From contig JANRJA010000023.1 in NCBI GenBank assembly GCA_033764315.1, forward strand, positions 32,001 through 96,000: a DNA stretch of 64,000 bases. The letters run 5' to 3'. Made by a program: the position numbers and the translations under genes. The notes beneath the pieces are model-generated. The model was given only the letters and a program-made list of their open reading frames with translations, searched no databases and had not been told where the DNA came from. The stretch's first letter is position 1; every line of letters starts with the position of its first letter. Source of the stretch: Oculatellaceae cyanobacterium bins.114 (lineage in GTDB: Bacteria; Cyanobacteriota; Cyanobacteriia; Elainellales; Elainellaceae). Below are positions 29,022 to 38,725 of this stretch, piece by piece.

Positions 29022-29116
29022 AGCAGATCACTAACGTCAGGAAAAGGCGAACAGCTTTACCTCTAGCGTATCGTGCTCAATCGAGTGAATTCTGAGAATG
29101 AAGAAATTTTTAGACC

Positions 29117-29245
29117 CTAAGTACTGCTTTTCACAGATAGGGTTCGGCAATAAAACCAAGGGGGGGTGGGGGCGCAGCCCCCAGCCAGGGGTCTCACCCC
29201 TGCACCCCAAATTCCCACCCCTATTTACGATGAGTTGTACTAAGG
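29117..29245. repeat. Degenerate MITE-like palindromic element
   Basis: Imperfect terminal IR (ctaagtac...gataggg / ccctattt...gtactaag) enclosing GC-rich hairpins gggggcgcagccccc and caggggtctcacccctg. Confidence 0.5.
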
Positions 29246-29409
29246 ACAGCAGACCCTCAGTAGGGAGGAAATTTAGGGTTAACGTGAGCACTCAGCCAAA
29301 TAGTAAAACTCCTGACTACTACAAGCTGCCACACTCCCCTCGTTTTATTTTCAAACCCTATCTGTGAATACCAGAAGGAGTATGGATTGATGCAGATGGA
29401 ATTCTCGGC

Positions 29410-29438
29410 GTAGAGACATGGCACTGCCATGTCTCTAA
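29410..29438. repeat. REP-like palindrome GTAGAGACATGGCACTGCCATGTCTCTA
   Basis: GTAG-initiated near-perfect hairpin downstream of rpsF. Confidence 0.75.
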
Positions 29439-29498
29439 AGCGGCTCTAATTATACAGATGACAGATAGATAACAGATTCAGCTCCTGGAGCCATCTTC

Positions 29499-29819
29499 TC
29501 AAGCCGTTTGCTCTTCAGGGACAGCCACTTTGGGAGCGTCTTGGGTAATGGTGAGATAACGAATGACATCATCACTTAACCGCATTGCCCGCTCTAGCGT
29601 GGCGACTGTGTTGCCACCGCTCTTGTAGTTCATTTGAATGTAAACGCCTTCCCGCTGTTTCTTGATTTCGTAAGCTAGGCGGCGTTTGCCTCGATGTTGC
29701 GTTTCAATATCAGTTGCGCCCTGTTCGGTGAGCAACGCTTGATAGCGGGCGATCGCCTGATCGGTTAATTCATCACCCAAATCAGACCGCAAAATGTACA
29801 TTGTTTCGTAATAATTCAT
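29499..29819 (-). CDS. rpsF: 30S ribosomal protein S6
   Basis: [18 protein letters not shown] and [10 protein letters not shown]. Confidence 0.96.
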   Translation of the reverse strand: MNYYETMYILRSDLGDELTDQAIARYQALLTEQGATDIETQHRGKRRLAYEIKKQREGVYIQMNYKSGGNTVATLERAMRLSDDVIRYLTITQDAPKVAVPEEQTA

Positions 29820-29975
29820 GGAAATAACTCCTTATGGACAAATGGCTTCTGTTGCTCAATGACCTTTTTAAAAAGAATGGGAGAATTGAGGCAAGGCTGA
29901 CTACTCTTACTAATGAGGCATTCAGACTAGAAGCAAGGAATTACCATCATATCTCAGGTTAAACGTTAATTCACT

Positions 29976-30773
29976 ATGGCTCAACGCTATGTCCGGGTTC
30001 AAACCAAGGCAGGACAGCTTTATTATGGATTGCTGCATTTAGATCGGCGTGTACAGGTATTGGATGCACCCCCTTGGCTTAAAGGGCAACCCACCGACCA
30101 AGAGTTAGCACCCGACACGTATCACGTTTTGGCTCCTTGTGCTCCGTCTAAGATCATTGCAGTGGGTAAAAATTATCAAAAACACGCGGCTGAGATGGGG
30201 GGTGAAGTGCCCAAAGAGCCATTACTGTTTTTTAAGCCGCCAACGGCGGTGATTGCAGCAGATGTGCCGATTCAATATCCACCTCAGTCGGAGCGGGTCG
30301 ATTATGAAGGAGAGTTGGCACTGATTATTGGCGATCGCTGTATCGATTGCACCCCCGATGAAGCCCGCCAGAAAATTTGGGGATATACGATTGCTAATGA
30401 TGTGACCGCACGGGACTTGCAGCGCAAAGACAATCAGTGGACTCGTGCCAAAGGGTTTGATACCTTTTGTCCGTTGGGGCCGTGGATTGTACGCGAACTC
30501 AGTGCTGGGGCACGATTGCAAACATTTCTCAATGATGATGCGACTCCGGTGCAGTCGGCTCCCATCAGTGAGATGGTCTTTTCGCCAGAGTTCCTGGTGT
30601 CTTACATCAGCCAGGTAATGACGCTGTTACCCGGAGATGTGATTTTGACAGGCACCCCAGAAGGCGTGGGATCGGTCACTGTGGGCGATCGCATTCGAGT
30701 GGAGATTGAGGGAATCGGTTCTTTGGAAAACGCAGTGATTGCCAAACAGCCTGCTGAGAAAGCGATGGAATAG
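29976..30773 (+). CDS. Fumarylacetoacetate hydrolase family protein
   Basis: KIIAVGKNY, DYEGELA, NDVTARD, AKGFDTFCPLGP and ILTGTPEG. Confidence 0.93.
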   Translation: MAQRYVRVQTKAGQLYYGLLHLDRRVQVLDAPPWLKGQPTDQELAPDTYHVLAPCAPSKIIAVGKNYQKHAAEMGGEVPKEPLLFFKPPTAVIAADVPIQYPPQSERVDYEGELALIIGDRCIDCTPDEARQKIWGYTIANDVTARDLQRKDNQWTRAKGFDTFCPLGPWIVRELSAGARLQTFLNDDATPVQSAPISEMVFSPEFLVSYISQVMTLLPGDVILTGTPEGVGSVTVGDRIRVEIEGIGSLENAVIAKQPAEKAME

Positions 30774-30779
30774 CTATCT

Positions 30780-30807
30780 ATAGGGACGCGATTAACCGCG
30801 TCCCTAT
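30780..30807. repeat. REP-like palindrome ATAGGGACGCGATTAACCGCGTCCCTAT
   Basis: Hairpin between convergent genes; same family as 47069-47183 and 58945-58971. Confidence 0.75.
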
Positions 30808-30817
30808 GACTTTCCTG

Positions 30818-31312
30818 TTACCGGGTCTGCACGTAGGCAGCATCAGATAGGGGTGGAATTTCGGCGTATCGCCCAAACGCAGATTGCACGACTGAGTAGA
30901 TAACGGCTGCTACAGTTCCAAGAAAAACAATAAAAGCGACAGTTTCATTAACTAAGGGAATTCTGACAATCTTAGCCACCAAGTCAAACCAAACTAGGCT
31001 AGCAAGACTGACACCAATCCCAATTAAGATGGATTGCATCGCATTAAAACGAATAAAGTGTTGGATGCTCTCATTTCGCACTACGAGAAAATAGAGTGCC
31101 AGAAAAACTAGAAACCCACCAAAGGGAATCGACCCTATTATGATTGCGTAAATTGCAATGAACGGTTGTAGCGGGAAGAGGATGATTTGAAGCTCAGGAA
31201 ATCGCAAAAAGAAAGCACGACCAAAAGAAATAATGACTTCTATTAAAGGCAACAAATAGGGCAAGCAAGCAAAGAGGCGATCGAGAGGGGAAGTAGAACC
31301 GCGCCAGGTCAT
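30818..31312 (-). CDS. Tic20 family protein
   Basis: DRLFACLPYLLPL, IQHFIRFNAMQSI and EIPPLSDAAY. Confidence 0.88.
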   Translation of the reverse strand: MTWRGSTSPLDRLFACLPYLLPLIEVIISFGRAFFLRFPELQIILFPLQPFIAIYAIIIGSIPFGGFLVFLALYFLVVRNESIQHFIRFNAMQSILIGIGVSLASLVWFDLVAKIVRIPLVNETVAFIVFLGTVAAVIYSVVQSAFGRYAEIPPLSDAAYVQTR

Positions 31313-31419
31313 GTCATCCTCGTATTTTTAAAGCGTCAACAGAAAATTCGGTTGGGGCTACGCCTAGAATAACGCAATGGGCTTTTGTGTTGTGAATCCT
31401 GCAATTATTTTCTGACCAC

Positions 31420-31614
31420 TTATTCAATATTGGCGACCCGAAAGCCCATCTGACATTCATATTGCACTGGCTGATTGTCATTCACCGCCAGTACCCGACC
31501 ACACCGGAGTTGCCCCTGTTGCCAGCGGGGTTGCCCACTCTGATCAGCCATCAGACAGGTCTGACAAACATGGTGCGGAGCGAGAATTTGTTTTTCCATC
31601 AAGATGACTAGCAT
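31420..31614 (-). CDS. Small conserved cyanobacterial protein with four Cys
   Basis: MLVILM...VCQTCLMADQSGQPRW...LRCG...YECQMGFRVA; SD-like GAGG upstream. Confidence 0.75.
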   Translation of the reverse strand: MLVILMEKQILAPHHVCQTCLMADQSGQPRWQQGQLRCGRVLAVNDNQPVQYECQMGFRVANIE

Positions 31615-32017
31615 CAGAACACCTCTAATGGAGCCAGCTACTTCTTCGTTGAAATCTAGCTCTGCTTACACTCTAGTAAGACTATTTTAGGTCAGCAAAT
31701 CTTAACCCTTTGCTAATTCATACATAACTTTAAGGGTTGACTGCTATCTGTGTGGTGTTTATTGCAGCAATCTTAAAAAGCGATCGCCCTTTTGAGTAGA
31801 GATGAATTGAGTTCAGATACATGAGCCTCGTCATCTATCTCAAGTCGTGCTGATCAGCCCTTTGCGATTGCTATATGATGAAAGACTGGAGAGAACGGAC
31901 AGCACGGGTGAAAGACTGATGGTTAAAAGCTTAAACCTTTAGTCATTAGCAAAGATTATCTTTGCTCCGGTGTGATGGCCTGCCAACATGTTTATTTGAT
32001 TTCCTGGGAGTTTGCTT

Positions 32018-33301
32018 GTGACTCAGACCAATTTAGATTTTTTAGCAAAAACTGACCCTGCCGTAGCTGGGTTGATTCAACAAGAGCTACAACGCCAGCG
32101 AGATCACTTAGAGCTGATTGCTAGCGAAAACTTTACGTCTGCGGCTGTTTTAGCCGCCCAGGGATCGGTGCTGACCAATAAATATGCTGAGGGGTTACCC
32201 GGCAAGCGTTATTACGGCGGGTGCGAGTTTATTGATCAGATTGAGCAGTTAGCGATCGAGCGGGCAAAACAACTGTTTGGAGCGGCTCATGCCAATGTGC
32301 AACCCCATTCTGGAGCCAATGCAAATACGGCAGTATTTTTGGCATTGCTAAAGCCCGGAGACACCATCATGGGTATGGATCTCTCCCACGGTGGGCACCT
32401 GACTCACGGCTCTCCGGTCAACATTTCTGGCATGTGGTTCCAGAAGTTTCACTATGAAGTCAGTCAAGCAACAGAAGCGATCGACTATGACCAGGTGCGC
32501 GATCTAGCTCTCAAGCATCGCCCCAAATTGTTGATCTGCGGCTATTCTGCCTATTCTCGCATCATAGAATTTGATAAGTTCCGGGCGATCGCTGATGAAG
32601 TGGGTGCTTATTTGCTCGCTGATATTGCTCATATTGCAGGGTTAGTGGCTACCGGACATCACCCCAGCCCTCTTCCCTATTGCGATGTGGTTACAACAAC
32701 TACTCACAAAACTCTGCGGGGTCCACGGGGTGGTTTGATTTTGACCCGTGATGCTGAGTTGGGCAAAAAGCTGGATAAGGCAGTCTTCCCTGGCACTCAG
32801 GGAGGTCCTTTAGAGCATGTGATTGCGGGGAAAGCCGTTGCTTTTGGGGAAGCCCTTCAGCCTGAATTTAAGACCTACTCTGGCGAGGTGATCAAAAACG
32901 CGCAGGCAATGGCAGCGCAATTGCAACAACGTAATCTCAAGATTGTCTCTGGGGGCACTGACAACCACTTAATGTTGGTGGATGTACGATCTGCCAATAT
33001 GACTGGCAAGCGAGCCGACCAGTTGGTGAGCGAGGTCAATATCACGGCTAACAAAAACACCGTTCCCTTTGATCCAGAATCGCCCTTTGTCACCAGTGGC
33101 TTGCGACTTGGCTCTCCTGCGATGACCACGCGTGGCATGGGTGTTGTGGAATTCACTGAAATTGCCAATATCATTGCCGATCGCCTTCTCAATCCAGAGG
33201 ATGCCACGGTTGCGGCTGATTGTCGTGCCCGTGTTGCAAAATTGTGCGATCGCTTCCCGCTCTACGCTCACATGACGGTGCCAGTGCCCGCGCTAGTGTA
33301 A
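32018..33301 (+). CDS. glyA: Serine hydroxymethyltransferase
   Basis: [21 protein letters not shown] and the PLP site [13 protein letters not shown]. Confidence 0.97.
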   Translation: MTQTNLDFLAKTDPAVAGLIQQELQRQRDHLELIASENFTSAAVLAAQGSVLTNKYAEGLPGKRYYGGCEFIDQIEQLAIERAKQLFGAAHANVQPHSGANANTAVFLALLKPGDTIMGMDLSHGGHLTHGSPVNISGMWFQKFHYEVSQATEAIDYDQVRDLALKHRPKLLICGYSAYSRIIEFDKFRAIADEVGAYLLADIAHIAGLVATGHHPSPLPYCDVVTTTTHKTLRGPRGGLILTRDAELGKKLDKAVFPGTQGGPLEHVIAGKAVAFGEALQPEFKTYSGEVIKNAQAMAAQLQQRNLKIVSGGTDNHLMLVDVRSANMTGKRADQLVSEVNITANKNTVPFDPESPFVTSGLRLGSPAMTTRGMGVVEFTEIANIIADRLLNPEDATVAADCRARVAKLCDRFPLYAHMTVPVPALV

Positions 33302-33366
33302 GAGCGAAGAAAGAAGAGCGAAAAGCGAAGAAACAGACTTCAGAAATTGAATTCATTCTTCGTTCT

Positions 33367-34965
33367 TCACTCTTCTTGTTTTCGGATGAATTGGTGCAAT
33401 GCCTGCTCAAGCTGTGGTGAAAATTCAATAGGTAGGCGATCGGCGCGGATATAGAGATCGCGTTGTGGAAAGGGCACTTCGATTTGGTGCTGCCTTAGTA
33501 ACGCTTCGATGCGGAAGTAGAGATCGCTTTTGAGTGGCACTTGTTTACTGGGTTCTGCGGTCCACACGAGCAATTCAAAATCTAAACTGCTATCGCCAAA
33601 GCCAGTAAAAAAGACTTGGGGGGGTGGGGTTGAGAGCACCCAGTGATGGTGACTAGCCGCCTCTAATAGCAGCGATCGCACAACCTCAACATCAGAACTG
33701 TAGGCAACTCCTACAGGAATATGGATGCGGGAGATAGGGTTGTCGTGGCTCCAGTTAATCACTTCCCGCTCTAAAAAACGTGAGTTAGGTACGATGATCG
33801 ACACTTGATCGAGGGTGCGAATGAGCGTGCTACGAGCCCCAATGCGCTCAACAGTTCCTTGAAAGTCACCGACTTCGACAAAGTCACCCACTTGAATGGG
33901 ACGTTCAAAGACGAGCACCAGACCACTGCCAAAGTTTTTAGCAATATCTTGCAGACCAAACCCGATCCCTACGCTAAGGGCACTTGCCAGAATTGCCAGA
34001 GAGCTGATGTCAAGCCCCCAAATTTGCAACAGGACTAAACTGCCGATAAAAATTAAGCTGTAGCGCAGCACGATCGCCACTGCTTCTTGGGCACCGCGAT
34101 TGACGCCAGTGCGCTCTAGAACCCTTGACCTCAGAAAATCGGTTGATGTTTTAGAGAAGATAATTAAACCCAGCAACATCCCGACCAGGATGATCAAGTT
34201 GGTAATGGAATATTGACTGTTGCCTAAAGTCAGGATGGGTGAGGTGAAGCTTGAAATCAAAATTCTGCCAATTTCATAGCTCCAATATCGAGTCATAGGA
34301 AAGAGTCGGGACACATAAAAGAGCACCCCAATCCACACGATTCCACGAGCGATCGCCAACCCAGCTTTGAGCAGAGTATTGACGAGTCGAGGAATGTCAG
34401 ATAACTCCCCCGATGGAGCACGCGGCAACAATCGCTGAATTGCCCGATGCAACGGGTGTCTCCATAGCCACCCCAACCCCCAATGCAACGCCAACGCGAT
34501 CGCCACCATTGCAGCACCCAACAATACAGCGTTTTTTAAGTAGTTAGAAGAACGATAATATTGCGCCTCCTGCACCGCTTCTTGGAGTTCTCTGGCCCAT
34601 TCTCCAGCTTGTTGAGTCACCGTGTTGCCAGGTAAAACATCTCGCTGAGTCACCGTTAGCAGATAGCGATCGTTCAACACAATCGTTGGGGCTTGATTGC
34701 GCTCAACGACTTTTACGTCAACAGACTGCCGCGATCGCACCAGATCTTCTAAGGTCGAGTTAATGACAGTGGCTCGATTGCTGGCGGTCAGTTCATCAGT
34801 TGCCCCCACTTGAAACAGCACCGCTCCATCGACCACAACGGCAGACGTCGATGCTCCTTTTGCAGAAGCAGGGGTGAGCCAAAGTACTAGCACCAAGATC
34901 AGAGGGAAGGCGATCGTTTGAAGCAGGGGAAACCGAGACAACTGACGCGATCGGGCTTGACTCAT
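33367..34965 (-). CDS. Small-conductance mechanosensitive channel (MscS family) with periplasmic N-terminal extension
   Basis: GIGFGLQDIAKNF, ERPIQVGD, IVPNS and IEVPFPQRDL; likely start is MSQAR at 34965. Confidence 0.92.
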   Translation of the reverse strand: MSQARSRQLSRFPLLQTIAFPLILVLVLWLTPASAKGASTSAVVVDGAVLFQVGATDELTASNRATVINSTLEDLVRSRQSVDVKVVERNQAPTIVLNDRYLLTVTQRDVLPGNTVTQQAGEWARELQEAVQEAQYYRSSNYLKNAVLLGAAMVAIALALHWGLGWLWRHPLHRAIQRLLPRAPSGELSDIPRLVNTLLKAGLAIARGIVWIGVLFYVSRLFPMTRYWSYEIGRILISSFTSPILTLGNSQYSITNLIILVGMLLGLIIFSKTSTDFLRSRVLERTGVNRGAQEAVAIVLRYSLIFIGSLVLLQIWGLDISSLAILASALSVGIGFGLQDIAKNFGSGLVLVFERPIQVGDFVEVGDFQGTVERIGARSTLIRTLDQVSIIVPNSRFLEREVINWSHDNPISRIHIPVGVAYSSDVEVVRSLLLEAASHHHWVLSTPPPQVFFTGFGDSSLDFELLVWTAEPSKQVPLKSDLYFRIEALLRQHQIEVPFPQRDLYIRADRLPIEFSPQLEQALHQFIRKQEE

Positions 34966-35211
34966 AGCACAACAGACTGAAGGGTCGCAAAGAATATTAG
35001 GTTTAAGGAGCAAAAACTAGAGCCTAACGGATGGTTTGGGGTGGCTAACGAGACAAATGCATGGTTAGCGGGCGCGATCGCACAGACCAAAGTGCCCCAC
35101 AGCGATAAAAATCTTCCTGGGAGTTTAGGCTGTGTTGTCAACCAATCCCCTTCATTCTTCACTAGATGGTACTTGTGCAGGTAACAGTTCCCGGCTTAGT
35201 TTGCTCCCAGC

Positions 35212-35694
35212 TCAGTTTGCCTCAATCAATTCAAAAAAGGCATCCTCTAACTCATAGCCCAGCATTTGAGTCATAAACTTAATTTTGCTGCGTCCATTGA
35301 TCCCATGTTGACGAAACCACTCCATCAACACAAACACCTTTTGCATCACAAACAACTCCAGAGCTTCTGGATTGTATTGGATTCCTTCGGTTGTGCTGAA
35401 CTGATGAGGGACAAGCATGGCAGTATAGCGGGCTAACTCTCCAGCTTCCCAATCGAGGAGATAGGGCAACCAGGGATAACGAGCATCTAAGCGGACAAAC
35501 CAGAGCCGAACTTCTGGGATCTCCGACAATTCACGGGGATCTTGAGGATCACGAGGATCGGTAAACTCAAAGCGGAGTTGCTGTTCTTGGTCGGTAATGA
35601 CCCCTGTTTGCAGCCACTTTTCAAGCACATTCTGGGCTGGGGTCAAATCTAAATGATTCAAACAGTCAGAACTGAGTGGAATAATAACGGTCAT
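35212..35694 (-). CDS. CRR6 family NDH-1 assembly factor (DUF1817)
   Basis: DPRELSEIPEVRLWFVRLDARYPWLP and YTAMLVPHQF. Confidence 0.85.
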   Translation of the reverse strand: MTVIIPLSSDCLNHLDLTPAQNVLEKWLQTGVITDQEQQLRFEFTDPRDPQDPRELSEIPEVRLWFVRLDARYPWLPYLLDWEAGELARYTAMLVPHQFSTTEGIQYNPEALELFVMQKVFVLMEWFRQHGINGRSKIKFMTQMLGYELEDAFFELIEAN

Positions 35695-36083
35695 AGCTTC
35701 TTTAAATGAGTCGTGCGATCGCCCCTAGCCAGTCTAAAACACTTCATCACCTCAGGGTTGATGTGCAATAGACATTTGCAGAAGTTGTAAGTTAAAGTGG
35801 TAGTGAGTTTGTTTTATGGGTCTCAGTCTATTGCTTAATTCAGTCATCGTCACGTTGATCTGCTCAAAACTCTGACCTGGTTATGTTTGCATTGACACCC
35901 GTATAAAGCCAACCTTCGTTGCAATGTTTCTGCTATAGCTCCATAGACCACCATTCAATGCTGATTTTTGGAATATTGGACTGTAGAAATTGCAACACCC
36001 AACGATGAGGTGTCATCGATAAAATAGATAGATATTCACTAACCGTATAACAAAACTACTGTTCAGGTTGAGAGTGCTGGGTT

Positions 36084-36545
36084 ATGTATAGCGAAGGGGC
36101 CATGAAAAAACCAATTCGGTCGTTAGAAGATGCTGTTGATCGGTGCCAGATGTTAGGGATGCGCCTGAGTAAACAGCGTCGATTCATTTTGGAGTTGCTG
36201 TGGCAGGCAAAAGAGCACCTTTCTGCTAGAGAAATCTACGATCGTCTGAATCAGCAAGGTAAAGAGATTGGGCACACTTCAGTCTATCAAAACCTGGAAG
36301 CATTGTCTGATCAGGGCATTATTGAGTGTATTGACCGAGCCGATGGCCGCCTCTATGGCAATATCAGTGACCCTCACAGCCATGTCAACTGCCTTGACAC
36401 TAAACAGATTATGGATGTGCATGTGCAGTTGCCCAAAGATTTGCTAGACCAGATTGAGCAACAAACAGGCGTCCGCATTGTAAATTACTCCATTGATTTC
36501 TATGGTTATCGTGCCGCTGAAGCGTTAGAGCCTGCGATCGACTAA
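36084..36545 (+). CDS. furC: Fur-family regulator of the FurC/PerR type
   Basis: RSLEDAVDRCQMLGMRLSKQRRFILELLW, EHLSAREIY, GHTSVYQNL and HSHVNCLD, matching Anabaena FurC as I recall it. Confidence 0.8.
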   Translation: MYSEGAMKKPIRSLEDAVDRCQMLGMRLSKQRRFILELLWQAKEHLSAREIYDRLNQQGKEIGHTSVYQNLEALSDQGIIECIDRADGRLYGNISDPHSHVNCLDTKQIMDVHVQLPKDLLDQIEQQTGVRIVNYSIDFYGYRAAEALEPAID

Positions 36546-36670
36546 AATCGCCAGTCTCATCGATACCCAATAATTCACAAAAAAGCATTACACGGTATTG
36601 AATGAGTGCACTATATTCTGCAACCTCATCTATAGTGTTGGCATAGAAGACATGTGCAACCTCTTGAGGT

Positions 36671-38674
36671 GTGGCGAGGGTTTCGGTGAAGAAGCAAGTG
36701 GATCCATTTGGCACAAAAATCATAGCTGAATCTAATTGGCGACCCGAAGCAGGTTCAACCGAAGTGCCGCCTGCTAAGCCGTCTATGCCCAAGGCTGGAG
36801 TGAGCCGTGGTCATCCACCCGTGTTGCCGACGATGACCCCCGCTATGCCAACTGAGCAACCTAGCCCTAAAAAAACAGCCCCGACTAAACCCGTCAGACC
36901 TCGACGATTGAGGCGACCCAGTAAAGCCTGGACCTGGTCAGTTCTCTGTTTTAGTGCGTTGGGGCTGGTAGGTGGCTTGGGGATCAGTGCCTTTTTGTGG
37001 CTCACCAATCTGCCCCCTTTGCCGGATTGCCAGAAAATTTCTCCTCTTTCGGCGGATATGGAGCGGCTCTATTGTGCTCGTGAGGCAGCACAGTCGGGTC
37101 AGTCAAGCCAATTGATCGCTGGGATCAAACTCGTACAGGGATGGTCTTCTACCCATCCGCTTTATCCAGAAGCACAAGAGTTGCTGAATCAATGGTCTGC
37201 TCAACTGTTGGCGATCGCCCAAACCACCGCAGAAGAATCGGGGCTGGATCGGGCTGTTGAGATTGCTACCCAGATCCCTGAAAGCAGCACCAGTTATGCT
37301 AAGGCTCAAGCTGCAATGGCGCAATGGCAAGCCGAATGGAAACAGGGTGAGGCAATTTATGCCAAAGCGCAAGAAGCTTTAAAGCATCAACGCTGGAATG
37401 AGGCGGCGGCTCAAGTTCCGGTTTTGGGTCGGCTTGAGAATAATTATTGGCGGCGTGAAAAAACCAGTGAGTTAACTCAGCAGGTTTTGACTGAGAAGGC
37501 TTCTAGAGAAAGGCTGCAACAGGCCATCTTGTTAGCCACGACTGACGAACCGGATCAGTTGGGACAGGCGATCGCGCTAGTGCAAACGGTGAACCCTAAA
37601 ACCTATGCTTGGCCTGAAGCGGAAGCTGTGTTGAATGAATGGAGCCAACTGTTGTTAACGGCTGGGATGCAGCGGTGGCAACAGGGAGATTTGACAGGGG
37701 CGATTACGTTGGCGCATCACGTCCCGCTTGACTTAGAGATGGAACCTGAGGCACGAAACTTGATTCGATTTAGTCGGGCTCACAAGCTTGCCACTCAAAA
37801 CCTCAGCCCCTATGATCCATCGGTTAAAGAAATTTTGAGTTTGATGGAAGCGGTGTCAGCGTTGAGACAGATTGACTCTAGCAGTGCTCTCTATGCTCAA
37901 GCGCAAGCAAAAATCACCGACTGGCAACAACAAATTGATGATTTAGCGCAACTGCAATATGCCTATTGGACGGCCAGTTTGGGACAACGTATCACCTATG
38001 AAGTGGCGATTGGGCAGGCCCAACATATTGCGGCTAACCGTCCTCAACGGGTTCGGGCACAAACGCTGATTGCCCATTGGGGTCAACAAATTGAGCGGAT
38101 TGAAGATCAACCTTATTTGATAGCGGCGCGAAGTCACGCGGCACGAGGAACCGTTGCGGCACTGCAACAGGCGATCGCTGCGGCTCAACAAGTGCCTTTG
38201 GGACGGGCTTTGCGAAGCGATGCTGATTTGGCGATCGCTCAGTGGAGTCAGCAAATTCAGGTGATTGAAGACAAACCCTTGCTGGATAGAGCACAAACCC
38301 TGGCACAGCAGGGCAAGTTGAGTGAAGCGATCGAAGCTGCAACGGCGATTCAGTCGGGACGTGCGCTGTATGAACAGGCTCAAACGGCGATCGCCAACTG
38401 GAGAGCAGAAATTCGAGAGGCACAAATTGCTCAAGATCGACGCATTCTCGATGAAGCGGCGTCGCTGGCGGCCTCGACTCGGCTGACCCTGGCCATTGAG
38501 AAAGCGTCACAGATTGGGTTTGGACGACCCCTCCGGGATGAAGCTCAGGCCGCGATCGCCCAATGGGAGTCAGAGCGAGATGCCATTTGGGAAACGTGGG
38601 CCAATAGCCCAGACGAGCCATCTGACTCCTCTGAGAGCTATTCTGCTGAAGATAACGGTGACTATGCTCAATAA
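36671..38674 (+). CDS. Membrane-anchored helical-repeat hypothetical protein
   Basis: Pro-rich N-terminus, one TM helix, PPLPDC..S.RLYCA, then repeated (AI..A..IP...Y..AQ..I..W) units. Confidence 0.8.
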   Translation: MARVSVKKQVDPFGTKIIAESNWRPEAGSTEVPPAKPSMPKAGVSRGHPPVLPTMTPAMPTEQPSPKKTAPTKPVRPRRLRRPSKAWTWSVLCFSALGLVGGLGISAFLWLTNLPPLPDCQKISPLSADMERLYCAREAAQSGQSSQLIAGIKLVQGWSSTHPLYPEAQELLNQWSAQLLAIAQTTAEESGLDRAVEIATQIPESSTSYAKAQAAMAQWQAEWKQGEAIYAKAQEALKHQRWNEAAAQVPVLGRLENNYWRREKTSELTQQVLTEKASRERLQQAILLATTDEPDQLGQAIALVQTVNPKTYAWPEAEAVLNEWSQLLLTAGMQRWQQGDLTGAITLAHHVPLDLEMEPEARNLIRFSRAHKLATQNLSPYDPSVKEILSLMEAVSALRQIDSSSALYAQAQAKITDWQQQIDDLAQLQYAYWTASLGQRITYEVAIGQAQHIAANRPQRVRAQTLIAHWGQQIERIEDQPYLIAARSHAARGTVAALQQAIAAAQQVPLGRALRSDADLAIAQWSQQIQVIEDKPLLDRAQTLAQQGKLSEAIEAATAIQSGRALYEQAQTAIANWRAEIREAQIAQDRRILDEAASLAASTRLTLAIEKASQIGFGRPLRDEAQAAIAQWESERDAIWETWANSPDEPSDSSESYSAEDNGDYAQ

Positions 38675-38696
38675 GCTGACTATGCTCAATAAGCTG
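38659..38696 (+). repeat. 18-bp tandem duplication spanning a stop codon
   Basis: tgactatgctcaataagc occurs twice. Confidence 0.85.
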
Positions 38697-38725
38697 TTCT
38701 GGTTGTGAATTCTCTATAGGCACTG

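Noticed and set aside
31875-31995. Possible riboswitch (ZTP/glycine/THF) in the glyA leader
   Set aside because: Only short hairpins and a repeated TGAAAGACTG are visible, and I cannot match the conserved cores. An Rfam/Infernal scan would settle it.
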